Source: Eledone cirrhosa
Taxonomy: Eukaryota
Length of the DNA stretch: 64,000 bases
Assembly (NCBI GenBank): GCA_964016885.1
Contig: OZ024744.1
Location: forward strand, 123,938,001-124,002,000
Reading direction: 5' to 3'
In this document: piece after piece, positions 23,401 through 38,400 of the stretch
Numbering within the stretch: position 1 is the stretch's first letter
Layout: every line of letters starts with the position of its first letter
Program-made: the position numbers and the translations under genes
Notes under the pieces: generated by a model
What the model was told of the DNA's origin: nothing
Databases searched by the model: none
Seen by the model: the letters and a program-made list of their open reading frames with translations, nothing else

Positions 23401-26400
23401 GACCATAGTCTGTATTAATTTGTCCAACCCATGTATGTGGGACAATAGTCTGTAATAACTTGTCCAACCCATGACAGGTAGGACAATAGTTTGTAATATC
23501 TTGTCCAACCCATGTATGTAGGACAATAGTCTGTAATAATTTGTCCAACCCATGCCAGGTAGGACAATAGTCTGTAATAACTTGTCCAACCCATGTATGT
23601 AGGACAATAGTCTGTAATAATTTGTCCAACCCATGCCAGGTAGGACAATAGTCTGTAATATCTTGTCCAACCCATGTATGTAGGACAATAGTCTGTAATA
23701 ATTTGTCCAACCCATGCCAGGTAGGACAATAGTTTGTAATAACTTGTCCAACCCATGTATGTAACACAATAGTCTGTAATAACTTGTCCAACCCATGACA
23801 GGTAGGACAATAGTCTGTAATAACTTGTCCAAACCATGACAGGTAGGGCAATAGTCTGTAATAACTTGTCCAACCCATGACAGATAGGACAATAGTGTGT
23901 AATACCTCGTCCAACCCATGACAGGTAGGACAACAGTCTGTAATAACTTGTCCAACACATGTATATAGGACAATAGTCTGTAATAACTTGTCCAACCCAT
24001 GTATGTAGGACAATAGTCTGTAATAACTTGTCCAACCCATGACAGGTATGGCAATAGTCTGTAATAACTTGTCCAACCCATGTATGTAGGACAATAGTCT
24101 GTAATAACTTGTCTCGCTCATGACAGGTAGGACAATAGTCTGTAATAACTTGTCCAACCCATGTATGTAGGACAATAGTCTGTAATAACTTGTCTCGCCC
24201 TTGACATGTAGGACAATAGTCTGTAATAACTTCTCCAACCCATGACAGATAGGACAATAGTCTGTAATAACTTGTCCAACCCTTGACAGGTAGGACAATA
24301 GTCTGTAATAACTTGTCCAACCCATGACAGGTAGGACAATAGTCTGTAATAACTTGTCCAACACATGACAGGTAGGACAATAGTCTGTAATAACTTGTCC
24401 AACCCATGTATGTAGGACAATAGTCTGTAATAACTTGTCCAACCCATGTATGGAGGACAATAGTCTGTAATAACTTGTCCAACCCATGTATGTAGGATAA
24501 TAGTCTGTAATAACTTGTCCAACCCATGTATGTAGGACAATAGTCTGTAATAACTTGTCCAACCCATGACAGGTAGGACTATAGTCTGTAATAACTTGTC
24601 CAACCCATGACAGGTAGGACAATAGTCTGTAATAACTTGTCCAACCCATGACAGGTAGGACAATAGTCTGTAATAACTTGTCTCGCCCTTGACATGTAGG
24701 ACAATAGTCTGTAATAACTTCTCCAACCCATGACAGATAGGACAATAGTCTGTAATAACTTGTCCAACCCTTGACAGGTAGGACAATAGTCTGTAATAAC
24801 TTGTCCAACCCATGACAGGTAGGACAATAGTCTGTAATAACTTGTCCAACCCATGTATGTAGAACAATAGTCTGTAATAACTTGTCCAACCCATGACAAG
24901 TAGGACAATAGTCTGTAATAACTTGTCCAACCCATGACAGGTAGGACAATAGTCTGTAATAATTTGTCCAACCCATGTATGTAGGACAATAGTCTGTAAT
25001 AACTTGTCTAACCCATGACAGGTAAGACAATAGTCTGTAATAACTTGTCCAACGCATGACAGGTAGGACAATAGTCTGTAATAACTTGTCCAACCCATGA
25101 CAGGTAGGAAATAGTCTGTAATAACTTGTCCAACCCATGACAGGTAGGACAATAGTTTGTAATAACTTGTCCACCCCATGACAGGTAGGACAATAGTCTG
25201 TTATAACTTGTCCAACCCATGTATGTAGGACAATAGTCTATAATAACTTGTCCAACCCATGTATATAGGACGATAGTCTGTAATAACTTGTCCAACCCAT
25301 GTATGTAGGACAATAGTCTGTAATAACTTCTCCAACCCATGTATATAGGACGATAGTCTGTAATAACTTATCCAACCCATGACAGGTAGGACAATAGTCT
25401 GTAATAACTTGTCCAACCCATGACAGGTAGGACAATAGTCTGTAACACCTCGTCCAACCCATGACAGGTAGGACAATAGTCTGTAATAACTTGTCTAACC
25501 CATGACAGGTAGGACAATAGTCTGTAATAACTTGTCCAACCCATGACAGGTAGGACAATAGTCTGTAATAACTCGTCCAACCCATGTATGTAGGACAATA
25601 GTCTGTAATAACTTGTCCAACCCATGACAGGTAAGACAATATTCTGTAATAACTTGTCCAACCCATGACAGGTAGGACAATAGTCTGTAATAACTCGTCC
25701 AACCCATGTATGTAGGACAATAGTCTGTAATAACTTGTCCAACCCATGACAGGTACGACAATAGTCTGTAATAACTTGTCCAACCCATGCCAGGTAGGAC
25801 AATAGTCTGTAATAACTCGTCTAACCCATGTATGTAGGACAATAGTCTGTAATAACTTGTCCAAGCCATGAAAGGTAGGACAATAGTCTGTAATAACTTG
25901 TCCAACCCATGTATGTAGGACAATAGTCTGTAATAACTTGTCCAACCCATAACAGGTAGGACTATAGTCTGTAATAACTTGTCCAACCCATGACAGGTAT
26001 GACAATAGTCTGTAATAGCTTGTCCAACCCATGACAGGTAAGACAATAGTCTGTAATAACTTATCCAACCCATGACAGGTAGGACAATAGTCTGTAATAA
26101 CTTGTCCAACCCATGACAGGTAGGACAATAGTCTGTAATAACTTGTCCAACCCATGTCTATAGGACAATAGTCTGTAATAACTTGTCCAACCCATGTATG
26201 TAGGACAATAGTCTGTAATAACTTGTCCAACCCATGTATGTAGGACAATAGTCTGTAATAACTTGTCCAACCCATGACAGGTAGGGCAATAGTCTGTAAT
26301 AACTTGTCCAACCCATGTATGTAGGACAATAGTCTGTAATAACTTGTCTCGCCCATGACAGGTAGGACAATAGTCTGTAATAACTTGGCCAACCCTTGAC

Positions 26401-29400
26401 AGGTAGGACAATAGTCTGTAATAACTTGTCCAACCCATGACAGATAGGACAATAGTCTGTAATAACTTGGCCAACCCTTGACAGGTAGGACAATAGTCTG
26501 TAATAACTTGTCCAACCCATGACAGGTAGGACAATAGTCTGTAATAACTTGTCCAACCCATGACAGGTAGGACAATAGTCTGTAATAACTTGTCCACCCC
26601 ATGTATGTAGGACAACAGTGTGTAATAACTTGTCCAACCCATGTATGGAGGACAATAGTCTGTAGTAACTTGTCCAACCCATGTATGTAGGATAATAGTC
26701 TGTAATAACTTGTCCAACCAATGACAGGTAGGGCAATAGTCTGTAATAACTTGTCCAACCCATGTATGTAGGACAATAGTCTGTAATAACTTGTCCAACC
26801 CATGTTTGTAGGACAATAGTCTGTAATAACTTGTCTCGCCCTTGACATGTAGGACAATAGTCTGTAATAACTTCTCCAACCCATGACAGATAGGACAATA
26901 GTCTGTAATAACTTGTCCAACCCATGTATGTAGGATAATAGTCTGTAATAACTTGTCCAACCCATGTATGGAGGACAATAGTCTGTAATAACTTGTCCAA
27001 CCCATGTATGTAGGATAATAGTCTGTAATAACTTGTCCAACCCATGACAGGTAGGATAATAGTCTGTAATAACTTGTCCAACCCATGACAGGTAGGACAA
27101 TAGTCTGTAATAACTTTTCCAACCCATGTATGTAGAACAATAGTCTGTAATAACTTGTCCAACCCATGACAAGTAGGACAATAGTCTGTAATAACTTGTC
27201 CAACCCATGACAGGTAGGACAATAGTCTGTAATAATTTGTCCAACCCATGTATGTAGGACAATAGTCTGTAATAACTTGTCCAACCCATGACAGGTAGGA
27301 CTATAGTCTGTAATAACTTGTCCAACCCATGACAGGTAGGACAATAGTCTGTAATAACTTGTCCAACCCATGACAGGTAAGACAATAGTCTGTAATAACT
27401 TATCCAACCCATGACAGGTAGGACAATAGTCTGTAATAACTTGTCCAACCCATGCCAGGTAGGACAATAGTCTGTAATAACTTGTCTAACCCATGACAGG
27501 TAAGACAATAGTATGTAATAACTTGTCCAACCCATGACAGGTAGGACAATAGTCTGTAATAACTTGTCCAACCCATGTATGTAGGACAATAGTCTGTAAT
27601 AACTTGTCCAACCCATGTATGGAGGACAATAGTCTGTAATAACTTGTCCAACCCATGTATGTAGGATAATAGTCTGTAATAACTTGTCCAACCCATGTAT
27701 GTAGGACAATAGTCTGTAATAACTTGTCCAACCCATGTATGTAGGACAATAGTCTGTAATAACTTGTCCAACCCATGTATGTAGGACAATAGTCTGTAAT
27801 AACTTGTCCAACCAAGGACAGGTAGGGCAATAGTCTGTAATAACTTGTCCAACCCATGTATGTAGGACAATAGTCTGTAATAACTTGTCCAACCCATGTA
27901 TGTAGGACAATAGTCTGTAATAACTTGTCCAACCCATGACAGGTAGGATAATAGTCTTTAATGACTTGTCCAACCCATGACAGGTAGGACAATAGTCTGT
28001 AATAACTTGTCCAACCCATGTATGTAGAACAATAGTCTGTAATAACTTGTCCAACCCATGTATGTAGGACAATAGTCTGTAATAACTTGTCCAACCCATG
28101 ACAGGTAAGACAATAGTCTGTAATAACTTGTCCAACCCATGCCAGGTAGGACAATAGTCTGTAATAACTTGTCCAACCCATGACAGGTAAGACAATAGTC
28201 TGTAATAACTTGTCCAACCCATGACAGGTAGGAAATAGTCTGTAATAACTTGTCCAACCCATCTATATAGGACAATAGTCTGTAATAACTTGTCCAGCCC
28301 ATGACAGGTAGGACAATAGTCTGTAATAAGTTGTCCAACCCATGACAGGTAGGGCAATAGTCTGTAATAACTTGTCCAACCCATGACAGGTAGGGCAATA
28401 GTCTGTAATAACTTGTCCAACCCATGACAGGTAGGGCAATAGTCTGTAATAACTTGTCCAACCCATGTATGTAGGACAATAGTCTGTAATAACTTGTCTC
28501 GCCCATGACAGGTAGGACAATAGTCTGTAATAACTTGTCCAACCCATGTATGTAGGACAATAGTCTGTAATAACTTGTCTCGCCCTTGACATGTAGGACA
28601 ATAGTCTGTAATAACTTCTCCAACCCATGACAGATAGGACAATAGTCTGTAATAACTTGTCCAACCCATGTATGTAGGATAATAGTCTGTAATAACTTGT
28701 CCAACCCATGTATGGAGGACAATAGTCTGTAATAACTTGTCCAACCCATGTATGTAGGATAATAGTCTGTAATAACTTGTCCAACCCATGACAGGTAGGA
28801 TAATAGTCTGTAATAACTTGTCCAACCCATGACAGGTAGGACAATAGTCTGTAATAACTTTTCCAACCCATGTATGTAGAACAATAGTCTGTAATAACTT
28901 GTCCAACCCATGACAAGTAGGACAATAGTCTGTAATAACTTGTCCAACCCATGACAGGTAGGACAATAGTCTGTAATAATTTGTCCAACCCATGTATGTA
29001 GGACAATAGTCTGTAATAACTTGTCCAACCCATGACAGGTAGGACTATAGTCTGTAATAACTTGTCCAACCCATGACAGGTAGGACAATAGTCTGTAATA
29101 ACTTGTCCAACCCATGACAGGTAAGACAATAGTCTGTAATAACTTATCCAACCCATGACAGGTAGGACAATAGTTTGTAATAACTTGTCCAACCCATGAC
29201 AGGTAGGACAATAGTCTGTTATAACTTGTCCAACCCATGTATGTAGGACAATAGTCTATAATAACTTGTCCAACCCATGTATATAGGACGATAGTCTGTA
29301 ATAACTTGTCCAACCCATGTATGTAGGACAATAGTCTGTAATAACTTGTCCAACCCATGTATATAGGACGATAGTCTGTAATAACTTATCCAACCCATGA

Positions 29401-32400
29401 CAGGTAGGACAATAGTCTGTAATAACTTGTCCAACCCATGACAGGTAGGACAATAGTCTGTAACACCTCGTCCAACCCATGACAGGTAGGACAATAGTCT
29501 GTAATAACTTGTCCAACCCATGATAGGTAGGACAATAGTCTGTAATAACTCGTCCAACCCATGTATGTAGGACAATAGTCTGTAATAACTTGTCCAACCC
29601 ATGACAGGTAAGACAATATTCTGTAATAACTTGTCCAACCCATGACAGGTAGGACAATAGTCTGTAATAACTCGTCCAACCCATGTATGTAGGACAATAG
29701 TCTGTAATAACTTGTCCAACCCATGTATGTAGGACCATAGTCTGTATTAATTTGTCCAACCCATGTATGTGGGACAATAGTCTGTAATAACTTGTCCAAC
29801 CCATGACAGGTAGGACAATAGTTTGTAATATCTTGTCCAACCCATGTATGTAGGACAATAGTCTGTAATAATTTGTCCAACCCATGCCAGGTAGGACAAT
29901 AGTCTGTAATAACTTGTCCAACCCATGTATGTAACACAATAGTCTGTAATAACTTGTCCAACCCATGACAGGTAGGACAATAGTCTGTAATAACTTGTCC
30001 AAACCATGACAGGTAGGGCAATAGTCTGTAATAACTTGTCCAACCCATGACAGATAGGACAATAGTGTGTAATACCTCGTCCAACCCATGACAGGTAGTA
30101 CAACAGTCTGTAATAACTTGTCCAACCCATGTATATAGGACAATAGTCTGTAATAACTTGTCCAACCCATGTATGTAGGACAATAGTCTGTAATAACTTG
30201 TCCAACCCATGACAGGTATGGCAATAGTCTGTAATAACTTGTCCAACCCATGTATGTAGGACAATAGTCTGTAATAACTTGTCCTCGCCCATGACAGGTA
30301 GGACAATAGTCTGTAATAACTTCTCCAACCCATGACAGATAGGACAATAGTCTGTAATAACTTGTCCAACCCTTGACAGGTAGGACAATAGTCTGTAATA
30401 ACTTGTCCAACCCATGTATGTAGGACAATAGTCTGTAATAACTTGTCTCGCCCTTGACATGTAGGACAATAGTCTGTAATAACTTCTCCAACCCATGACA
30501 GATAGGACAATAGTCTGTAATAACTTGTCCAACCCTTGACAGGTAGGACAATAGTCTGTAATAACTTGTCCAACCCATGACAGGTAGGACAATAGTCTGT
30601 AATAACTTGTCCAACCCATGACAGGTAGGACAATAGTCTGTAATAACTTGTCCAACCCATGTATGTAGGACAATAGTCTGTAATAACTTGTCCAACCCAT
30701 GTATGGAGGACAATAGTCTGTAATAACTTGTCCAACCCATGTATGTAGGATAATAGTCTGTAATAACTTGTCCAACCCATGACAGGTAGGATAATAGTCT
30801 GTAATAACTTGTCCAACCCATGACAGGTAGGACAATAGTCTGTAATAACTTGTCCAACCCATGTATGTAGAACAATAGTCTGTAATAACTTGTCCAACCC
30901 ATGACAAGTAGGACAATAGTCTGTAATAACTTGTCCAACCCATGACAGGTAGGACAATAGATTGTAATAATTCGTACAACCCATGTATGTAGGACAATAG
31001 TCTGTAATAACTTGTCCAACCCATGACAGGTAGGACTATAGTCTGTAATAACTTGTCCAACCCATGACAGGTAGGACAATAGTCTGTAATAACTTGTCCA
31101 ACCCATGACAGGTAAGACAATAGTATGTAATAACTTATCCAACCCATGACAGGTAGGACAATAGTCTGTAATAACTTGTCCAACCCATGCCAGGTAGGAC
31201 AATAGTCTGTAATAACTTGTCTAACCCATGACAGGTAAGACAATAGTCTGTAATAACTTGTCCAACGCATGACAGGTAGGACAATAGTCTGTAATAACTT
31301 GTCCAACCCATGACAGGTAGGAAATAGTCTGTAATAACTTGTCCAACCCATGACAGGTAGGACAATAGTTTGTAATAACTTGTCCACCCCATGACAGGTA
31401 GGACAATAGTCTGTTATAACTTGTCCAACCCATGTATGTAGGACAATAGTCTATAATAACTTGTCCAACCCATGTATATAGGACGATAGTCTGTAATAAC
31501 TTGTCCAACCCATGTATGTAGGACAATAGTCTGTAATAACTTGTCCAACCCATGTATATAGGACGATAGTCTGTAATAACTTATCCAACCCATGACAGGT
31601 AGGACAATAGTTTGTAATAACTTGTCCAACCCATGACAGGTAGGACAATAGTCTGTAACACCTCGTCCAACCCATGACAGGTAGGACAATAGTCTGTAAT
31701 AACTTGTCCAACCCATGACAGGTAGGACAATAGTCTGTAATAACTCGTCCAACCCATGTATGTAGGACAATAGTCTGTAATAACTTGTCCAACCCATGAC
31801 AGGTAAGACAATATTCTGTAATAACTTGTCCAACCCATGACAGGTAGGACAATAGTCTGTAATAACTCGTCCAACCCATGTATGTAGGACAATAGTCTGT
31901 AATAACTTGTCCAACCCATGACAGGTAAGACAATAGTCTGTAATAACTTGTCCAACCCATGCCAGGTAGGACAATAGTCTGTAATAACTCGTCTAACCCA
32001 TGTATGTAGGACAATAGTCTGTAATAACTTGTCCAACCCATGACAGGTAGGACAATAGTCTGTAATAACTTGTCCAACCCATGTATATAGGACAATAGTC
32101 TGTAATAACTTGTCCAACCCATGTATGTAGGACAATAGTCTGTAGTAACTTGTCCAACCCATGGATGTAGGACAATAGTCTGTAATAACTTGTCCAACCC
32201 ATGACAGGTAGGGCAATAGTCTGTAATAACTTGTCCAACCCATGTATGTAGGACAATAGTCTGTAATAACTTGTCTCGCCCATGACAGGTAGGACAATAG
32301 TCTGTAATAACCTGTCCAACCCATGTATGTAGGACAATAGTCTGTATTAACTTGTCTCGCCCTTGACATGTAGGACAATAGTCTGTAATAACTTGTCCAA

Positions 32401-35400
32401 CCCATGACAGATAGGACAATAGTCTGTAATAACTTGGCCAACCCTTGACAGATAGGACAATAGTCTGTAATAACTTGTCCAACCCATGACAGGTAGGACA
32501 ATAGTCTGTAATAACTTGTCCAACCCATGACAGGTAGGACAATAGTCTGTAATAACTTGTCCAACCCATGTATGTAGGATAACAGTGTGTAATAACTTGT
32601 CCAACCCATGTATGGAGGACAATAGTCTGTAATAACTTGTCCAACCCATGTATGTAGGATAATAGTCTGTAATAACTTGTCCAACCAATGACAGGTAGGG
32701 CAATAGTCTGTAATAACTTGTCCAACCCATGTATGTAGGACAATAGTCTTTAATAACTTGTCCAACCCATGTTTGTAGGACAATAGTCTGTAATAACTAG
32801 TCTCGCCCTTGACATGTAGGACAATAGTCTGTAATAACTTGTCCAACCCATGACAGATAGGACAATAGTCTATAATAACTTGTCCAACCCTTGACAGGTA
32901 GGACAATAGTCTGTAATAACTTGTCCAACCCATGACAGGTAGGACAATAGTCTGTAATAACTTGTCCAACCCATGACAGGTAGGACAATAGTCTGTAATA
33001 ACTTGTCCAACCCATGTATGTAGGACAATAGTCTGTAATAACTTGTCCAACCCATGTATGTAGGACAAAGTCTGTAATAACTTGACCAACCCATGACAGG
33101 TAGGACAATAGTCTGTAATAACTTGTCCAACCCATGACAGGTAGGATAATAGTCTGTAATAACTTGTCCAACCCATGACAGGTAGGACAATAGTCTGTAA
33201 TAACTTGTCCAACCCATGTATGTAGAACAATAGTCTGTAATAACTTGTCCAACCCATGACAGGTAGGACTATAGTCTGTAATAACTTGTCCAACCCATGA
33301 CAGGTAGGACAATAGTCTGTAATAGCTTGTGCAACCCATGACAGGTAAGACAATAGTCTGTAATAACTTATCCAACCCATGATAGGTAGGACAATAGTCT
33401 GTAATAACTTGTCCAACCCATGACAGGTAAGACAATAGTCTGTAATAACTTGTCCAGCCCATGCCAGGTAGGACAATAGTCTGTAATAACTTGTCCAACC
33501 CATGACAGGTAAGACAATAGTCTGTAATAACTTGTCCAACCCATGACAGGTAGGAAATAGTCTGTAATAACTTGTCCAACCCATCTATATAGGACAATAG
33601 TCTGTAATAACTTGTCCAGCCCATGACAGGTAGGACAATAGTCTGTAATAACTTGTCCAACCCATGACAGGTAGGGCAATAGTCTGTAATAACTTGTCCA
33701 ACCCATGACAGGTAGGGCAATAGTCTGTAATAACTTGTCCAACCCATGACAGGTAGGGCAATAGTCTGTAATAACTTGTCCAACCCATGTATGTAGGACA
33801 ATAGTCTGTAATAACTTGTCTCGCCCATGACAGGTAGGACAATAGTCTGTAATAACTTGTCCAACCCATGTATGTAGGACAATAGTCTGTAATAACTTGT
33901 CTCGCCCTTGACAGGTAGGACAATAGTCTGTAATAACTTGTCCAACGCATGACAGGTAGGACAATAGTCTGTAATAACTTGTCCAACCCATGACAGGTAG
34001 GACAATAGTCTGTAATAACTTGTCCAACCCATGTATGTAGGATAATAGTCTGTAATAACTTGTCCAACCCATGACAGGTAGGATAATAGTCTGTAATAAC
34101 TTGTCCAACCCATGACAGGTAGGACAATAGTCTGTAATAACTTGTCCAACCCATGTATGTAGAACAATAGTCTGTAATAACTTGTCCAACCCATGACAAG
34201 TAGGACAATAGTCTGTAATAACTTGTCCAACCCATGACAGGTAGGACAATAGTCTGTAATAATTTGTCCAACCCATGTATGTAGGACAATTGTCTGTAAT
34301 AACTTGTCCAACCCATGACAGGTAGGACTATAGTCTGTAATAACTTGTCCAACCCATGACAGGTAAGACAATAGTCTGTAATAACTTGTCCAACCCATGA
34401 CAAATAAGACAATAGTCTGTAATAACTTATCCAACCCATGACAGGTAGGACAATAGTCTGTAATAATTTGTCCAACCCATGTATGTAGGACAATTGTCTG
34501 TAATAACTTGTCCAACCCATGACAGGTAGGACTATAGTCTGTAATAACTTGTCCAACCCATGACAGGTAAGACAATAGTCTGTAATAACTTGTCCAACCC
34601 ATGACAAATAAGACAATAGTCTGTAATAACTTATCCAACCCATGACAGGTAGGACAATAGTCTGTAATAACTTGTCCAACCCATGCCAGGTAGGAGAATA
34701 GTCTGTAATAACTTGTCTAACCCATGACAGGTAAGACAATAGTCTGTAATAACTTGTCCAACGCATGACAGGTAGGACAATAGTCTGTAATAACTTGTCC
34801 AACCCATGACAGGTAGGAAATAGTCTGTAATAACTTGTCCAACCCATGACAGGTAGGACAATAGTTTGTAATAACTTGTCCAACCCATGACAGGTAGGAC
34901 AATAGTCTGTTATAACTTGTCCAACCCATGTATGTAGGACAATAGTCTATAATAACTTGTCCAACCCATTTATATAGGACGATAGTCTGTAATAACTTGT
35001 CCAACCCATGTATGTAGGACAATAGTCTGTAATAACTTGTCCAACCCATGTATATAGGACGATAGTCTGTAATAACTTATCCAACCCATGACAGGTAGGA
35101 CAATAGTCTGTAATAACTTGTCCAACCCATGACAGGTAGGACAATAGTCTGTAACACCTCGTCCAACCCATGACAGGTAGGACAATAGTCTGTAATAACT
35201 TGTCCAACCCATGATAGGTAGGACAATAGTCTGTAATAACTCGTCCAACCCATGTATGTAGGACAATAGTCTGTAATAACTTGTCCAACCCATGACAGGT
35301 TAGACAATATTCTGTAATAACTTGTCCAACCCATGACAGGTAGGACAATAGTCTGTAATAACTCGTCCAACCCATGTATGTAGGACAATAGTCTGTAATA

Positions 35401-38400
35401 ACTTGTCCAACCCATGAAAGGTAGGACAAAAGTCTGTAGTAACTTGTCCAACCCATGTATGTAGGACAATAGTCTGTAATAACTTGTCCAACCCATAACA
35501 GGTAGGACTATAGTCTGTAATAACTTGTCCAACCCATGCCAGGTAGGACAATAGTCTGTAATAGCTTGTCCAACCCATGACAGGTAAGACAATAGTCTGT
35601 AATAACTTATCCAACCCATGACAGGTAGGACAATAGTCTGTAATAACTTGTCCAACCCATGACAGGTAGGACAATAGTCTGTAATAACTTGTCCAACCCA
35701 TGTATATAGGACAATAGTCTGTAATAACTTGTCCAACCCATGTATGTAGGACAATAGTCTGTAATAACTTGTCCAACCCATGTATGTAGGACAATAGTCT
35801 GTAATAACTTGTCCAACCCATGACAGGTAGGGCAATAGTCTGTAATAACTTGTCCAACCCATGTATGTAGGACAATAGTCTGTAATAACTTGTCTCGCCC
35901 ATGACAGGTAGGACAATAGTCTGTAATAACCTGTTCAACCCATGTATGTAGGACAATAGTCTGTATTAACTTGTCTCGCCCTTGACATGTAGGACAATAG
36001 TCTGTAATAACTTGTCCAACCCATGACAGATAGGACAATAGTCTGTAATAACTTGGCCAACCCTTGACAGGTAGGACAATAGTCTGTAATAACTTGTCCA
36101 ACCCATGACAGGTAGGACAATAGTCAGTAATAACTTGTCCAACCCATGACAGGTAGGACAATAGTCTGTAATAACTTGTCCAACCCATGTATGTAGGACA
36201 ATAGTCTGTAATAACTTGTCCAACCCATGTATGGAGGACAATTGTCTGTAATAACTTGTCCAACCCATGTATGTAGGATAATAGTCTGTAATAACTTGTC
36301 CAACCAATGACAGGTAGGGCAATAGTCTGTAATAACTTGTCCAACCCATGACAGGTAGGACAATAGTCTGTAATAACTTGTCCAACCCATGACAGGTAGG
36401 ACGATAGTCTGTAATAACTTGTCCAACCCATGTATGTAGGACAATAGTCTGTAATAACTTCTCCAACCCATGTATGGAGGACAATAGTCTGTAATAACTT
36501 GTCCAACCCATGACAGGTAGGACGATAGTCTGTAATAACTTGTCCAACCCATGTATGTAGGACAATAGTCTGTAATAACTTGTCCAGCCCATGTATGTAG
36601 GATAATAGTCTGTAATAACTTGTCCAACCAATGACAGGTAGGGCAATAGTCTGTAATAACTTGTCCAACCCATGTATGTAGGCCAATAGTCTGTAATAAC
36701 TTGTTCAACCCATGTATGTAGGACAATAGTCTGTAATAACTTGTCTCGCCCTTGACATGTAGGACAATAGTCTGTAATAACTTGTCCAACCCATGACAGA
36801 TAGGACAATAGTCTGTAATAACTTGTCCAACCCTTGACAGGTAGGACAATAGTCTGTAATAATTTGTCCAACCCATGACAGGTAGGACAATAGTCTGTAA
36901 TAACTTGTCCAACCCATGACAGGTAGGACAATAGTCTGTAATAACTTGTCCAACCCATGACAGGTAGGACAATAGTCTGTAATAACTTGTCCCACCCTTG
37001 ACAGGTAGGACAATAGTCTGTAATAACTTGTCCAACCCATGACAGGTAGGACAATAGTCTGTAATAACTTGTCCAACCCATGACAGGTAGGACAATAGTC
37101 TGTAATAACTTGTCCAACCCATGACAGGTAGGACAATAGTCTGTAATAACTTGTCCCACCCTTGACAGGTAGGACAATAGTCTGTAATAACTTGTCCAAC
37201 CCATGACAGGTAGGACAATAGTCTGTAATAACTTGTCCAACCCATGTATGTAGGACAATAGTCTGTAATAACTTGTCCAACCCATGTATGGAGGACAATA
37301 GTCTGTAATAACTTGTCCAACCCATGTATGTAGGATAATAGTCTGTAATAACTTATCCAACCCATGACAGGTAGGACAATAGTCTGTAATAGCTTGTGCA
37401 ACCCATGACAGGTAAGACAATAGTCTGTAATAACTTATCCAACCCATGATAGGTAGGACAATAGTCTGTAATAACTTGTCCAACCCATGACAGGTAAGAC
37501 AATAGTCTGTAATAACTTGTCCAACCCATGCCAGGTAGGACAATAGTCTGTAATAACTTGTCCAACCCATGACAGGTAAGACAATAGTCTGTAATAACTT
37601 GTCCAACCCATGACAGGTAGGAAATAGTCTGTAATAGCTTGTCCAACCCATCTATATAGGACAATAGTCTGTAATAACTTGTCCAGCCCATGACAGGTAG
37701 GACAATAGTCTGTAATAACTTGTCCAACCCATGACAGGTAGGGCAATAGTCTGTAATAACTTGTCCAACCCATGACAGGTAGGGCAATAGTCTGTAATAA
37801 CTTGTCCAACCCATGACAGGTAGGGCAATAGTCTGTAATAACTTGTCCAACCCATGTATGTAGGACAATAGTCTGTAATAACTTGTCTCGCCCATGACAG
37901 GTAGGACAATAGTCTGTAATAACTTGTCTCGCCCTTGACATGTAGGACAATAGTCTGTAATAACTTCTCCAACCCATGACAGATAGGACAATAGTCTGTA
38001 ATAACTTGTCCAACCCTTGACAGGTAGGACAATAGTCTGTAATAACTTGTCCAACGCATGACAGGTAGGACAATAATCTGTAATAACTTGTCCAACCCAT
38101 GTATGTAGGATAATAGTCTATAATAACTTGTCCAACCCATGTATGGAGGACAATAGTCTGTAATAACTTGTCCAACCCATGTATGTAGGATAATAGTCTG
38201 TAATAACTTGTCCAACCCATGACAGGTAGGATAATAGTCTGTAATAACTTGTTCAAGCCATGACAGGTAGGACAATAGTCTGTAATAACTTGTCCAACCC
38301 ATGTATGTAGGACAGTAGTCTGTAATAACTTGTCCAACCCATGACAGATAGGACAATAGTCTGTAATAACTTGTCCAACCCATGACAAGTAGGACAATAG

